From NCBI GenBank assembly GCA_964035545.1, contig OZ037767.1, positions 15,690,998 through 15,754,997 of the forward strand: a stretch of 64,000 nt of DNA. The letters run 5' to 3'. Both the position numbers and the translations under genes were made by a program. How positions within the stretch are numbered: the first letter of the stretch is position 1; each line of letters opens with the position of its first letter. Source of the stretch: Bugula neritina (lineage: Eukaryota > Animalia > Bryozoa). The notes beneath the pieces are model-generated. The model was not told where the DNA came from and ran no database searches. It was given only the letters and a program-made list of their open reading frames with translations. Shown in pieces: positions 47,863 through 61,765 of the stretch.

Positions 47863-50800
47863 TAAAAACTTTGAAAAAAACTGCAAGAAAGGTATGACTT
47901 ACTCTTTTTCTTAGTCTTACTGTGACTCTCAGTCGTAATGTAAAATAAAATTGTGAACTGTAAAGTTAAACCCAAGGCTGAAATTTATTTAATTAAATTT
48001 AGACAATCTGAATCATTGGCTCAATCCTTGAGTTTGACTATTACTATTATTATTAGTGTTACGATTGTGATTATCATTGGCATTATGCCATTATCATTAT
48101 GATTGTAATTGTGGTAATTCTAACATTAATTATAATCATAAATTAAAAGGTAATGATTAATGATAATTGTTTTCATTTTGTAATCATAATGATAATCATG
48201 ATGATGTAAATTTTGATGTAAAACCAAAATACTAAAACTAAAAGTAAAAGTTATAAAATTAAATGATAAAATATTATAATGATAATTGTTATATTTATTA
48301 TATTATTATTGAATATATTATTTCATTAGAGAATAGGTTGCAGCTTAGCATGATTAAAATTCAGTAAAAATTAGTTTACCAACAGCAAACATGCATGCAT
48401 CTTGTCAACATTCAATTCGTAGTGCCATAGCGAAGCCAGATTACTGGTAGTACGACTACTAGAACTACTACTACTAGTGATGGATTACAGATCCTTGGCG
48501 ATTTTAGCTGTGAGTGACCTTCACCTCACATTCTCGTCATGTGCGCGGCATTAGACTAAGTAGAGGGTATAAAGCACTGAGCTGGAAAAGAAATAATATA
48601 TTTTAATTATAGGTAATACTAATAGTAATATAATTTATGGTGATATAATTATATAGGTAATATTATTGAGTTCATTGGTATGGAGTATAGACCTATCACT
48701 GATAGTATCAGTTTCAACTACCACTTACGTACTACTTCAACTTATCACTTACCTTCAACTCAAACTGCTTGGAATCATTTGTCTTTGATCATATTCATAT
48801 TGATATTGGCATTGTCAATGTCATTGTGATTGTAATAACTATTAATATTTTTAGTTCAACATCAATGCCGAACATATTGTAATAACTAATAAGATAATCA
48901 TAAGGTTGATATATTTTGCTAATACTAATACTAATAGTAATAGTTATAGTAATTCAGTGTCACTCTCACTCTGGTGGAGTGAGACTCAGACTTAGAGTTA
49001 GAGACAGAGTGAGTCCGAGTAAGTCTGAGTGTTGGTAATAGTAATAGTCATATAAATTTAAATTATATTTACTTATTTCTAGCAATTACAATGGCAATAG
49101 TTATAGTAACTTTCACTTACTCTTAAATCATTGAACCTGAACTAAAAGTAAAATTAAGCATTATGATTATGATTATCATTATGATTATACCTATGATTTT
49201 ATTATGTTTAAATTAAAAATTAATATCATGATAATATCATAGTGATAGACATATTATTGATGAATGATGATATAAAAGTAATTTGATAAATTATACATTG
49301 ATTTTGAATTAAGGTGATACTGATACTAGACCGGTACTGAAAGTGATAGTAATACTAATAATAATAGTAATAGTCATATAAATTTAAGTTATATTTACTC
49401 ATTACCGGCAATCACAATGGCAATAGTAACTTAAACTGTAACAGTACTGGTATGGGTATGTTTGAAATTGTCACTATCAATATTGCTATGAATCAAAATA
49501 TAATGCTATGATACCAATAATTTAAAATAGTATTACAAAGCTTCAGTAGCAACTTTTACTTGTACCAGTTTGGAATTTTGAATTATACATATTCTTAATT
49601 AAAGTCTTCAAGTTTATTGTCAAAATGAACTTGAAATTAAAAACTTAGTAGTAAAAATTAAACTAAGACTGACTGTAAGTGACTAAGATTAAAAATAAGT
49701 AATTTTAAATATCGATTTAGTATTTTTCTTACTCTTTGTCTTAAAATTGACTTTTATTTTGCACCTACTCCTGGTCAATGATTCTTTTTTCTATTTATAT
49801 TACTATTGCTATTAGTATAATTGACTTATATTTAATAATAGATATGATTATATCTTTATAAATGTGATATTTGATTTTATGAATAGTAATTCGAAAACTC
49901 TTTGGTATTATTTATTTTTGATCATTGTAGTTATTATCATTATATTTGTATAATAATTATGATTATCAAATTCAATATCGATATTTGTATTATGGTATGG
50001 ATATCTGCCTCCATCCCATGTTCTGTTTTGCAGTGCCTTTTTACATTCACGTCTAGGTTCACATTGCGATGGTCATACTGATAGCACTTGGGGACAGTGA
50101 TGAGCATAATGATTATCACTAATATTAAGATTACCGTTATTAGGATTTAGAATAATTTAATAAACAAGCAACTTAAAACAAATGTTTTTACTAATATACA
50201 TATTAATTACTAATATAAATATACTACTATGAATATTATAATTATTATACTTTACAATTCAAAGTAAGATAATCATAATACGAACTGGTAAAACTAAATA
50301 TAAAGTAAATGTAATAATACTAATAGTAGTTATCTATTCCCCTTTGGTTTCACATACTAATAATTGGAAACCTCTGTCCTAATATTATTTCTATTAATAT
50401 TGCTCAAAGTTTGATCCCTATTTAATTTTATAGTTCACTCACCAGCTACATAATTTTATTAAAATACATGTGGTATTGGTTATAGTACTAGTGAAACTTG
50501 AAGTTGAATAGCATGCTTATTACTCACTGCTCTTTGCTTACATTATTAGGGTTACTCTTTAGTCTTAGAGATACCCTAACATAAACTTGAAAGCTGGAGG
50601 TAGTACTAGTCTAGTGCTGTGTTAATCCTACACTGTTGACTTATCAACACTGTGACTATAATTATGACTCCTAAGTCAAAGTCATTTTCATATAGTAGTA
50701 ATCACTATGACAGACTGAAAGTCAGGAAGACTAAATATAATGGTAAAGTGTGTAAGAATAAATCATACTTAATCAATTACTTTTAGTTTTGTTACCAGTG

Positions 50801-52407
50801 TTGGGTCAACTTTCAGAATAAAGAATAAATATAATTATAAAGATAAATGGATAAAAATTCCAATCATGGTTTAATGTGCCTATTTTAAGCTGTTAATTTA
50901 ATTACTATAATATAAGTGCTCAAAATACAACTTTTGATTTTCATAATTATGTTTTAATTTAATACAGATACCATAGTATTATATACAGTAGAATCAGTTG
51001 TATCTTATTTAATAATGAAGTAACTTATTGGAGCTTTCACAGTTATTAATTATTCACTTGTTAGTCTTTGAACTAGGACAATGTTTGAAACTTGAAGTAG
51101 AATGAAGTTTGATTTCAGTTACCGCAATGGTATCTGCAGTCACAATAGGAATACGCATATAACTATGTTTATATTTGTGAAAAATATATAGTCAAAACTA
51201 GATAAGGTAATAGTAATTATAATTGGTTCCACTTTTAATATATTCCTATAAACTGGAAAATAGACAGAAGCATTTAATCATGAAAGTAAACCTAGTGGAA
51301 GTAAATCAATTCACTAAGTATAGTAAAATATTTACTATTCAGTAAGTTTATTTACTTTAGTTAATTGTACTTGATTATTTCTGTCGGTTTTTCAGTTGAT
51401 TTTTCTACCTTTTGCTATAGCATATCAAACTACCACAAAGTCATGCTTCCGTATTACAATTATAAACATAGTGTTACTGTGTAATGTTATAGTAATGTAA
51501 TAGTAATATTTGAATCATTGTAAGTATTTCTGTTGTTGTACTGATTGATAAATATTTTTTAGCTTGCATGGATATTTGCAACGATCAAGATATCATTTGA
51601 ACCGGGACTGGAATAAAAATGGCAAATCGAGAAGCTAGCTACAATTATTCTGCAGAAAGACACTTGGTAAGCAAAAATAAGCTGCAGCATTAAGCAGTAA
51701 GCAATATGACGATGAACTTTGCTTGATTTTGATTGACCTTAAAATATCTGGTCACCTTTCACCAACGTGGTCCTGCGCGGGTGGCGGGTGACCTTAAAAT
51801 GTCTATTGCACGTAAAATAAATTTTGTGACAGTCAAAAGTATGCTGATCTTTTTCGTATTTCAGTGCATCGGTGTCTTAGCTTAAGAGCTGAACCCAACA
51901 ATTATGATCTAAAGCTGTTTTTACTAGAAAGTGATTTTACTGTCTTTCTGATTATTCTTGGTTTTTCAGCTTGATGAATTGAATAAATGGATTTAATTTC
52001 GGGTATTAGGTAATGGATGAACGAAATTTTTCTTAAATTTGTACTGAGCAATTTTTGCTATTGCTATGATGTTTAGTGATAAAATTGCACCCTTAATAAC
52101 CCTGAAAACTTTCATTACTTGCATTTGTTTATGTTCATTTTTAGGAAATTAAAATGAAGACACAACTGACCGATGCTATCTCACTGTGCCTGCATGCAGT
52201 TTATCTAAAAAGGTACTCCTATTAGCTGGCTCTTGCCCAATACCTGGTTGTCTCTGTAACTATTTTTTGCTCGCAGATGAGTTTTTTGAACTTGACATTT
52301 TATTGATTTTGAAAGTTATAGTGAGCTTTGAACTTGCTAGCATTGTTTTTAAAGACTTGCTGCAGTTTTTATCAACATTTTTTAAGTCAATGGTGTTAGT
52401 TTGGAAG

Positions 52408-52757
52408 CTCTCTCACTCCTCTCTCTGTCTCTTTCTCCCACACCTTCCACTCAACCTCTCTCTCTTTCTCTCCCTCTCTCACACCCTCCCTCTCTCCCAC
52501 CCTCCCTCTCTCCCATCCTCCCTCTCTCCCACCCTCTGTCTCTCCCACCTTCTCCCTCTCTCTCCCACTCTCCCACCTTCTCCCTCTCTCTCCCACTCTC
52601 CGTCTCTCCCACCTTCTCTCTCTCCTAACCTTTCTCTCTTCCCTTTTTCCACTATCTCTCTGACTCTCTCCCTTTCTCTCTTCTACCTCATCTCTCTTCC
52701 ATCCTCTCTCCTAACCTTTCTCTCCCACCCCCCCTCTCCCACTCTCTTTCTCTCTCT
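52408..52757. repeat. CT-rich polypyrimidine low-complexity tract
   Basis: ~350 bp of almost exclusively C/T. Confidence 0.95.
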
Positions 52758-55700
52758 AGTTTGCATGGCTTTACCCAGTTTTGGTTTATTTTTTTATTTT
52801 GTTTCAGAGTATCCAAAAGGAAAGCTAGAATTTATTTAATATATATTATACCAACTTGAGCTTTACATATAATATCAAATAAATGCTGTGTTTTGTTAAA
52901 ACAATGTTTGCAACTTTGTAGTATATTTAAATTCATAATTTATTTGTAGAGTCACACAACAAGACACTACTCTGACACACTCACAAGTTGCTACTGATCC
53001 AGCAGTATAGATGATTGTTTTCTCCACTGGCTATGCTGTCACGCTTTACTGTTGTGGTGTTTGAAACAAACCAATTGTTTGCCTACGCAGATTAGGGTGA
53101 GAAAAAAAGTGAGAAATGAAAGCTGTTTTTAATACCAACTACACTTAGTTTTTATTGAATGAAAAACAAAGTGAAATCATTAGTTATCAGTTAAATGACT
53201 AAATCACTGTTTATAAAGATGAAACATAAATAATCTTATAATATGCTAATGAAATTTGGCTTTCAAATAGCTTTTTTCTGTATATTTGTTGAGGAAGTTT
53301 ATCTTCAACAAAACTTCGTAGCTGTTGAATATGTGGAGAGTATTTTATATTGCATAAATTTATAGAGTAAAAGGTTCTCATCAAACTTTTACAACTTAGC
53401 TCATCGACGGTTTAAAAGTGTGAGTCACCCTTCACACTAGAGTTTTATAAAGTTTTAATGAATGTGCAGTATTTTATAAAATATTGTGTGTCTCCGTAAA
53501 TTTAGCTATTTCTACCTTTTCAGTGAGATTGGAGTAAACACACCTCAAAATTCACATCTGGTATCACATTGATTTATCGCAAGTCAAAGTACACCTACTA
53601 ACTCTTCCTTCCTTAATACCTGCTTGCTTTTTGCACTTCTACTCATTTCATATACCTAACATTTCTCTTGCAGATGAATTACATCTTTTAAGTTGTAAAA
53701 GCCTTAAATAGCATGAAATTAATGAGGTTTAAACCGTGGCCACACTAACTATTGATGCGTTTTTTGATGGGTTAAATTACACGAAAATATTGTCTCTTTC
53801 TTTTTAGTTTCACCTAAAGTATTACATACTATTGATGGAGGCTTTGCTGAAGTTTTTGGGTGATGATTTGTCAATAATTTTCCAGAGAAGATGATGCCAC
53901 CGTGGCTGGCATCATTATGCAGTTTCCAAAATTCTTTCGGCTTTGCTCTAGTGAAAATGTTGGAAAACAATCAACAAAAAGGTTTGTACCATAAACGAAG
54001 TTATTGTGTGCGTGTTGCCAAAGCATAAAGTGTGCTGGACATTTTTAGGTTTCTGTTGAGATGCGTTTTTTTTTTCTGCATGAAAAAAGTTCCAGTTTCA
54101 GTCAATATCACTAGGGAGTGCCCACCTATATTTTAAATCATATTGATGCATAAGTTCTTTTTGTAATATTAAAAGTATAACTTGCTTAATTGCTATTCAA
54201 TGCCCTTTGAAGTTTCCAACTGTAATTAACTAGTTGATTTGGCAGCATAGTATCGATGATTGATGAAGGCAGCCGATATAATTATAAGCATAAATATCTA
54301 TATCTACATGAAGATGTCATTCCCAATGATTGTTATTCTGAAATCAGCTGATTAAGTTATCACAAACTAAACATTTTGACCAGCGGGTTGCAATGCAACT
54401 CGGTGAAATTTCAGACCTAGATAAATTGAATTTCTTACTGAAAATCGTGAAGGTATTAAAGTTTAAAGTGAAAGTTTAAAGGGTCATCTCTCTGCGAATT
54501 CTAATAGCATGGTGCCAATTAGACTTGAAAAAATTTCAAGGCACTATAAAGCACTTAGCCCATTCTTACAAGTAGTTTCAAAGTGCACTGGAATTTCAGT
54601 TTACTTGTCATTGTATAGAATCCTGATCTACACTATATAGCATTCACTATTGCCTGCTTCTTCTAAGCATCTATAATGTATTAACTACAGTTTGCTTTGA
54701 GAAGTGAATTTCTACTTGGTGTTTTTTCCTTATCGTTCTGTTGTTTGCCAGTAGTCTTAATCTAATGGATTTTCCCTTTTCAAAAGTGGTTGTGACAATC
54801 AAAACACATCATGCAGCCTGCAACTACACAATCAGTCAGTAATTTCTTCCATTAAAGTAGCTCTTCTTGTTACTCTTGCTCACCTAAAAGCCTGGGCCTA
54901 ATTCAAATTGCAAGTTTTTAGAGTTGTTAATTTTTCATGCAATCTTTCATTTTTTTTTGTTAGCCACAAAATTAGTATTCACTAGACCTAATCTTTCATC
55001 TGCATGTATGCCTATTGCTTGTTCATTAAAGAAAAACCTCTGCTGAATATTGAACTAATGATGAAAATGAATTCCCTAAACTAAAAGTAGCAGTGTGATT
55101 TTGGTATTAAAATTAGTTGTTAGCATAGAGTCAAGTTATTGGCAGGAATTTTCAAATTGAAATGAATGAATTTCATTGTAAGTCAGCAAGATTTAGTCTA
55201 AGTAAACATAGCATTACATCGTGTTTTATTTAGCATTTGCAGAAGGCAACATATATATTTTAAGGATTATTGTAAACTTAAATGTAATTTTAAGTACTTT
55301 CCATGTTTGTTATTGTAGATGGTCTTGTTCTTTGGGATGGATGTGACAACTCCTTGTGTCAAGCTTAACTGATTGACTACTGAATTCAATTCAACCTAGA
55401 AAAGTCTGAATTTCAGACTTAATTTCAAGCTAGAATATTCACATTTTTAGGTCTGCGTTTGAAAACATTGTTGTGTTACTTTACTTTTTTTATTTTTTGA
55501 AATAAATATCTTTTTAGCTTGTGCCTATTCTTGATTAGAATAGTATGATAATATTTAACTTTTCTTCAATTTTAATAGATGAAAATGTTGATCAGTTGGA
55601 GTATTCAGTCTAGCTGAATTTTACTTGCTTCTGCAAGAACAATCTTTTGGAGTTGTCTGCCCTCTCTTTAGGTAATTTTTTGACCTATGGTTAACGCAAT

Positions 55701-55860
55701 AATTATAACTTTTTAAAGATGCTTGTGAACCTAACAATATAGCATAACTATCAAACCACATTATTTATTCAATATCTGCATAAAATTTAGCCGATAATCT
55801 GCCACCCAATGAGCTTGAAAAGATATTAGAATTCTAGCTCAGTGCTGCCATCAATGTAGA

Positions 55861-55950
55861 TATTTATAATGATATAAAGCCAAAACTCATTATTTATAAT
55901 GATATAAAGCCAAAACTCATTATTTATAATGATATAAAGCCAAAACTCAT
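55861..55950. repeat. Perfect 30-bp x3 tandem repeat
   Basis: TATTTATAATGATATAAAGCCAAAACTCAT three times. Confidence 0.97.
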
Positions 55951-56475
55951 TATTGCGTGAAATTATCTAACCATTCCTGACAAAGAATCGAGATAATAAC
56001 TCCAAAGTTGGTCAGTTGAAACCACAGCAATAATACTTTAATCCTTATAATTGTCAGGTTTAATTTTATACCAAGCCCCAATAAGTACATATCACTATGA
56101 CAACACAGCCTAAGCACCTCCAATGCAAGAAATTTAGTATTGTGGTGCTGCAAATCCTCCAGTTACAAATGAGTAGCGCTTTCATGATTATTGGTTTACC
56201 ATAATGTTTATTTAGTTTTAAGGACTAGCATAAATGCTATTATATGTGGGAGGTATTTGAAAAGCTTCCAACTCCATCTTCAACTACGGGCTATTATAAT
56301 TATGCCGATAAACGAGATACTACACTCAGACTGCCCTGTTATAGTACTATGATTGGCTACTGCAAAATTTTTGCCGATAGACAACATTTATTTATGATGC
56401 AATGTATCTCGTATTGGTACATAAGTGTTATGTCTGAGGACGAGATACTGTGAAATTATGCCCTGTCTGTTTTAG

Positions 56476-59400
56476 GTACCTTCTAGTCAAATCGGTAGAC
56501 CTGCTATTGTTTCTCGTGCTATTTCTATTTGTTCTCGCTCCCCTGACAGTTAAATTATTTCCGGGAATGGGCAAGCACTTCATATATCTCAATGGCTGTG
56601 AGTGTTTCTAAAAACAAATTACCAAAACCTTTATAAAAGTTTCAATAATTATATATCAACCAGTGAATATTTACCAATGAAATATTTTTAATATTTAAAT
56701 TATACCACACACATAGCTATCTGTTTTTTAGTTTAAAGTTGGCTGAGTGATTTGTTTCCAATTGTCTGTCTGTGTACTATATTAATTTTTTTATTCTTTT
56801 TAGTGTCGTTACCCTCATACTTCCAGGATTTGTCTAACCCTGCTTTCTTTGGGATGAATAGCACTAAGAATTTCTACCTCAGCACCGATAAGAATGTGGT
56901 TGATGGTGCTTGGTAAGTATGACATGGTTATGAGTTACAATAACAACTTCTATCCGAAGCTTTGAAACTATTATTTTGTCTTGTTTTATTACCGGTGTTC
57001 ATGTTGATAATAAATTTTGCCATCTTTTTTGTCTCAAAAAACAAGCTGAAAAAGTACCAATTTTAATGTAATTAAGTTTTTGCTTCAATTGATGTTTACC
57101 AAGACTCTAAGCGTAATATGTGAAGCCACATTAAAGAACAATTTCAACATGAATGGATGTTATCACAGCTGGTGTAGCAACTATTAGACAGTCGGAGTTA
57201 AATTTCAGACAGTTTTTAGTTATTATGGATGTTGAGTTTTACTGAATATATATGCACATTGTTATGCGCAATGCTTCCTTTATAATGACATTAACTCTTG
57301 TTACTAACATGCGCCGCTGCAGTGTCAATGTTACTAACTGCCGTTATCACTACTGTACCATTGTAATATCAGGCACACTCTACCCAAGCAGCTGGAAGGC
57401 GAAGGATACAAACACGAAGAATATGAATCATTATTAGCGGGAACTGAGCACTCTATTTTCTTATATTGCCATGGTAACGCTTTCACCAGGTGAATAGCTG
57501 CTTTCTATCCTATTTCAGTCTAAATACTAGGAATATATGAGCTAACATTACTGCTTACAATAGTTCAGCTCACTGTTTTACTATTTTTGCATTAATATAC
57601 TTTCATCATATATCACAAGTGTTATTAGGTCACTTGGCCCGTAGGATTTCAAACATGTTTGCGCAGGCATATGAGTGCGATGTTATCCAGTGCATAAATA
57701 GTCACAAGATCTTTGCACATCTGTTTTATATTAATATGATATTTGAAACTTAAAGGCCCTTCTATAAGGGATCATTTCCAGTGACGCCTCATGACTCATC
57801 AATATGTATCCATTTCCTGTTTCCTGTAGATCTACGAGTCACCGAGTTGCTTTGTATAAGCTTCTGGCCTCCTTGGGCTTCCATGTTATTTCATTTGATT
57901 ATAGAGGTAAGTTTGTACTCGTAATATAGAGTGTGGATATACTTACTCTTACGTATACTCGTAATATATAACATGTATATACTTACTCTTACTTACACTC
58001 ATAATATATAATGTATATATACTTACTCTTATTTACACTCATAATATATAATATATATATATACTTACACTTACTTATACTCATTATATATAACATGTAT
58101 ATACTTACACTCATAATATAAAATGTGTATATACTTACACTCGTAATATATAATGTGTATATACTTATGCTCATAATGTAGAGTTGGTATAAATGTGTTA
58201 CAATAAGTTATGAGTTAAAATAATATTATGACTTGGCTAGATTAGATTGTACAGGGGAGCCATGAAGTAAACTAAACTTACATAACCGAGTATTAAAGTC
58301 TTCCACTACCACAATGCACCATTAGGAAGCTATAGGCTGGCTTTTTTCAACCATTACAATGCGTTGTACTCTGTAATAATATATTATGTGTTATTTAAAG
58401 ACAAAAGTGTCTAAAAACACCATTTAGCATTCAAAAGACTACGTTTTTCTCATAAAACTAATTTTTTTTCTGATGTGCTTATAATAATTTGGAGTAAATC
58501 TAGTTTCAAACAAGATGACAGAAGACATTAAGGAAGTTTAGAAATTTAAAGTATTTTAGCACAGTTGTGAATGAAGCCTTTAAACTGATTGCTTTACTTG
58601 TTTATTTGGAGTTGTCTTATTTTATCCCTGCTTGTGAATTAGGTAGCCTGTAAATTCTAGTCTATAATCATTTTATGTGCAGGTTATGGGGACTCATCTG
58701 GCACCCCCACATCTGAAGATGGTTTAGTAACAGATGCAGTTACTTTATATTTATGGCTGAGAGAGAAAGCTGGGTCAGATGTTCCAATATATGTGTGGGG
58801 TCACTCACTGGGCTCAGGGTTGGTACACTGCTTAAAGGAGTTGTCATTTCATTTGCTCTAGTTGAAGAAACTACGTATTTTTAAACCTATACACCCTCAT
58901 CACCAGTTAGCTTATAGAATATTTCTACTGTTAATAAAATTGAGAACTTCTGTTGGAATTGAATACTTACCTCAAGTTTATAGTCCCCATCCCTGTGAGA
59001 ACCCCTGAGGGAAAGGTTTTTTTGTTGATAAATTGGGTTAAGGACTTATTCGCAACCGTATCTAGGCTAGTGGGCAGGTATTAAATCATAATGTACTATT
59101 AACATTAACTGCACTATCATATATCTTGTTGAGGTAATTATTTGGGGAGCAGCTGTGGTCTAGGGGGTTAGAGCGTTTGCCTAATCAACGCAAAGTCATG
59201 GATTCGGAACCCTACAAAGGCCATTGGTGATGTTATGAAGAGCATCCAGTCATAATTTCTCCTGTGCCCCATTTGAATAAATTCTTAGCCTGATTTAACA
59301 AAAAACCCTTTCATCAGGGTTTCTCACAGGGACAGTGACAATGAGCTTGCGTGAGATTTTTTGTCTATAAATACACTTTGTGTCTTCTATAAACACACTG

Positions 59401-60660
59401 GTTTTCTCTAGGGTGGGCACTAAAGCTGTGAGATATCTCAACGAGAAGAAGGAGTATCTAGCTGGACTCATTCTAGAAGCTCCTTTCAACAGCATCTACG
59501 ATGTGGCTCGGAGTAATCCTCTCCTGAAGGTGGTGTCTCGACTCTGGTGGTACGAGGGCGCTCTACAGACTACTATGGAGCTGAACAACATCTACTTCAA
59601 AACAGATGAAAAGTGAGTAGCTGTTTGGTCCAAGTGTAGAATGACTATGTCAAGGTTGACTCTGTGTGACAGTTCACTTACGGCTGTGTTTCTGGTCATG
59701 ATTCAGTGTTGAAAGACAGCTCAGCCGCTGCTTTTACGTATGTACAAGTTTTGGGGAACTGAAATAAGTATTCAAATTTATCTAGGGAATATTGGAATCA
59801 TTGAAATTTTATGATGCTATCAACTGTAAAATGCACTTTAACTGCTGGATTGTTTAGAGCTAAGGCTATTACTAAGAACTATTACTAAGTCGCGCCTCCA
59901 TTTTAGCATATGCCACGTTGACACTCCTGTGCTGATTCTACACGCAGAAGACGATGAAATAGTTCCTGTAGAGTTGGCTTACAAGGTACTGTCAGTCTAC
60001 AGTAACACTACAGCCCTTTTAGGGGGAATAACTCTTTATAGAAAATAATTTAATGCTTGCAGCTACTCATTAATTGTGATACCAGATACATGTATATTCT
60101 GAAACATTGACAATAAATGTTTTTAATTGTTTTATTGCACTATTACGAGATCAAATCCCACTAGTTGGTACACTAAAAGTGTATATCTTGCTGAACTGTA
60201 AATATTTAAACTAACTTTTTTTTTCAATCATTCAAAAAAAGTACCTAATTTGCAATGAAATGTAAACTGATATACAAGATTTTTACACTATGGAAAACAT
60301 ACTTGGTGCCCGGCATTAAATGGTATATTACTGTAGACTATCTACCTGACCCTTGAAACATTCTTCACGTTCTATTTGGTATGTTAACAGTTGTACGAAT
60401 CTAGTAAGAGGAGACCTCCCACCTTCCCCTCAGTCACTTTGCACGTGTTCCCTTATGAAAGAGGTCTGTTACACAAGTATATTTACACAGCTGAAGAACT
60501 TCCTTCTCTTATACGGTAAGTGTCACTGTTCTAGGAAGTTGGTTTTTGTGTTTGCGGCAAACATTGTTGTTTACTAGCAAGTGTAGGGGAAGTTAGATTT
60601 TATTCATTCATTTGTAATGTTTCTTTTAGAACTTTCATGGATGATTCTAGAAGAAATTGA
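56476..60660 (+). CDS. ABHD12: Lysophosphatidylserine lipase ABHD12; exons 56476-56597, 56804-56912, 57373-57489, 57830-57906, 58683-58818, 59412-59612, 59907-59985, 60391-60515, 60630-60660 (start exon not located)
   Basis: N-terminal [36 protein letters not shown] nucleophile, ILEAPF, ILHAEDD, HKYIY; all junctions GT-AG and in frame. Confidence 0.93.
57915..58180. repeat. Intronic minisatellite (TATACTTACACTCATAATATA-like, ~30-40-bp units)
   Basis: Visible degenerate tandem array after the exon ending at 57906. Confidence 0.88.
58973..59055 (-). mobile_element. 5'-truncated SINE tail, same family as 59145-59348
   Basis: Matches 36822-36900 (CAAGTTTATAGTC..CCCT.TGAGAA..AAAGG.TTTTTGTT..GACTTATTC). 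Confidence 0.7.
59145..59348 (+). mobile_element. tRNA-derived SINE, full length
   Basis: A box TGGTCTAGGGG, B-box-like GATTCGGAACC; core and tail shared with 36822-37035. Confidence 0.75.
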
Positions 60661-60887
60661 CAGAACAAACAGACAAAACAGTTATAATCCTAATATCCCA
60701 CGAAATGAACTATTACATAGCTATAATATACAAATAGACATTTAATATACGTTTTTACATGCTTTGATATAAAAATAATTTATTTATATTTGTGTATTTA
60801 AAAGTTACTTTTTATAAATGTGAAATCATTGAACAATCGTATATAGTTTTACTCAATAAATTATATATATGCACATTTTCATTTTCA

Positions 60888-61765
60888 TTATTTGGATAAA
60901 TTAGATAAATGTTGGATCACTTTCTCTATAATAGTGTCCACTTCAGCCATAGCCCCATAGCCTACTTCTCCACAGGCTAGTTTCTTTGAACAGGTGGGTA
61001 TCTCTATGTGGCCCCAACTAATGAGGGTATTTATCTGTGGCTGAGTTATTGGATGCTGTAGCATGAGAGTGTTCATAGCTGGCGCAAATAGTAGAGGTTT
61101 CTTAGGATCCCAGGCTCTCACCACACAAGTCTGTAAGACAACTCCAATAAGTTTTGACACTATCATATCACACCACCTACTTAATAATTTAATAAAGAAC
61201 ATATTTTTACAGTTATTTACCAGTAAATTGTCGCACAATCCGTTGGATATCTTTGCTAGGGAATTTGCACTCAAAGGAGCTATAACAAAGATGTCTGCCC
61301 ATTTTCTAAGCTCTATGTGTAGTACATCATCTCCCATTTTCGTCCATGTCTAAAACAGAAACCATTTGCAAGCTCTTCAACTATTTTTCTATTTAAATAT
61401 TTTATATAATATGTAGTTCTGGTGTATATGAAGTGTGGGTGTATATGTGATACAGGGTGAATGAGTTTGTAGTGTGGTTGTATATGTAGTGTAGGTGAAT
61501 AGACAGCGCAGGTGTAATATATATTATAGTTTGAGCATAAAAACTGTAAAGGCAGCTGTTTTCTACTCACTTTATATTCATCAGCATCTGTGTAGTACTG
61601 CAGCACGTCAGTAAAATCTTCAACTTGTGTGAAATGTTGAGCGTGCTCAGTTAGAATCACCTTGATAATGGCATCAGGGACTCTGCTTTGCAAAGCAGCT
61701 AAAAGAGGTTTGAGTTTGACTGTAGCTACACTTCCGCAACAACCTATCAGTATTTTAGGAGCCAT
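60888..61765 (-). CDS. PPCDC: Phosphopantothenoylcysteine decarboxylase, 188 aa; exons 61765-61571, 61349-61221, 61130-60888
   Basis: ILIGCCGSVAT, VLHIELRKWAD, APLSANSLAK, CVVRAWD, PAMNT, KKLACGEVGYGAM; phase-0 GT-AG introns. Confidence 0.96.

Noticed and set aside
52186-52839. 217-aa Leu/Ser/Pro ORF
   Set aside because: Translation of a CT microsatellite tract.
51619-55671. Candidate ABHD12 first exons (51619-51666; 55579-55671)
   Set aside because: Neither supplies an ATG-initiated open frame with the phase-2 end needed to join 56476.
58990-59332. Apparent MITE with CCCTGTGAGAA TIRs
   Set aside because: Comparison with 36822-37035 shows both arms are tails of one SINE family in opposite orientation.
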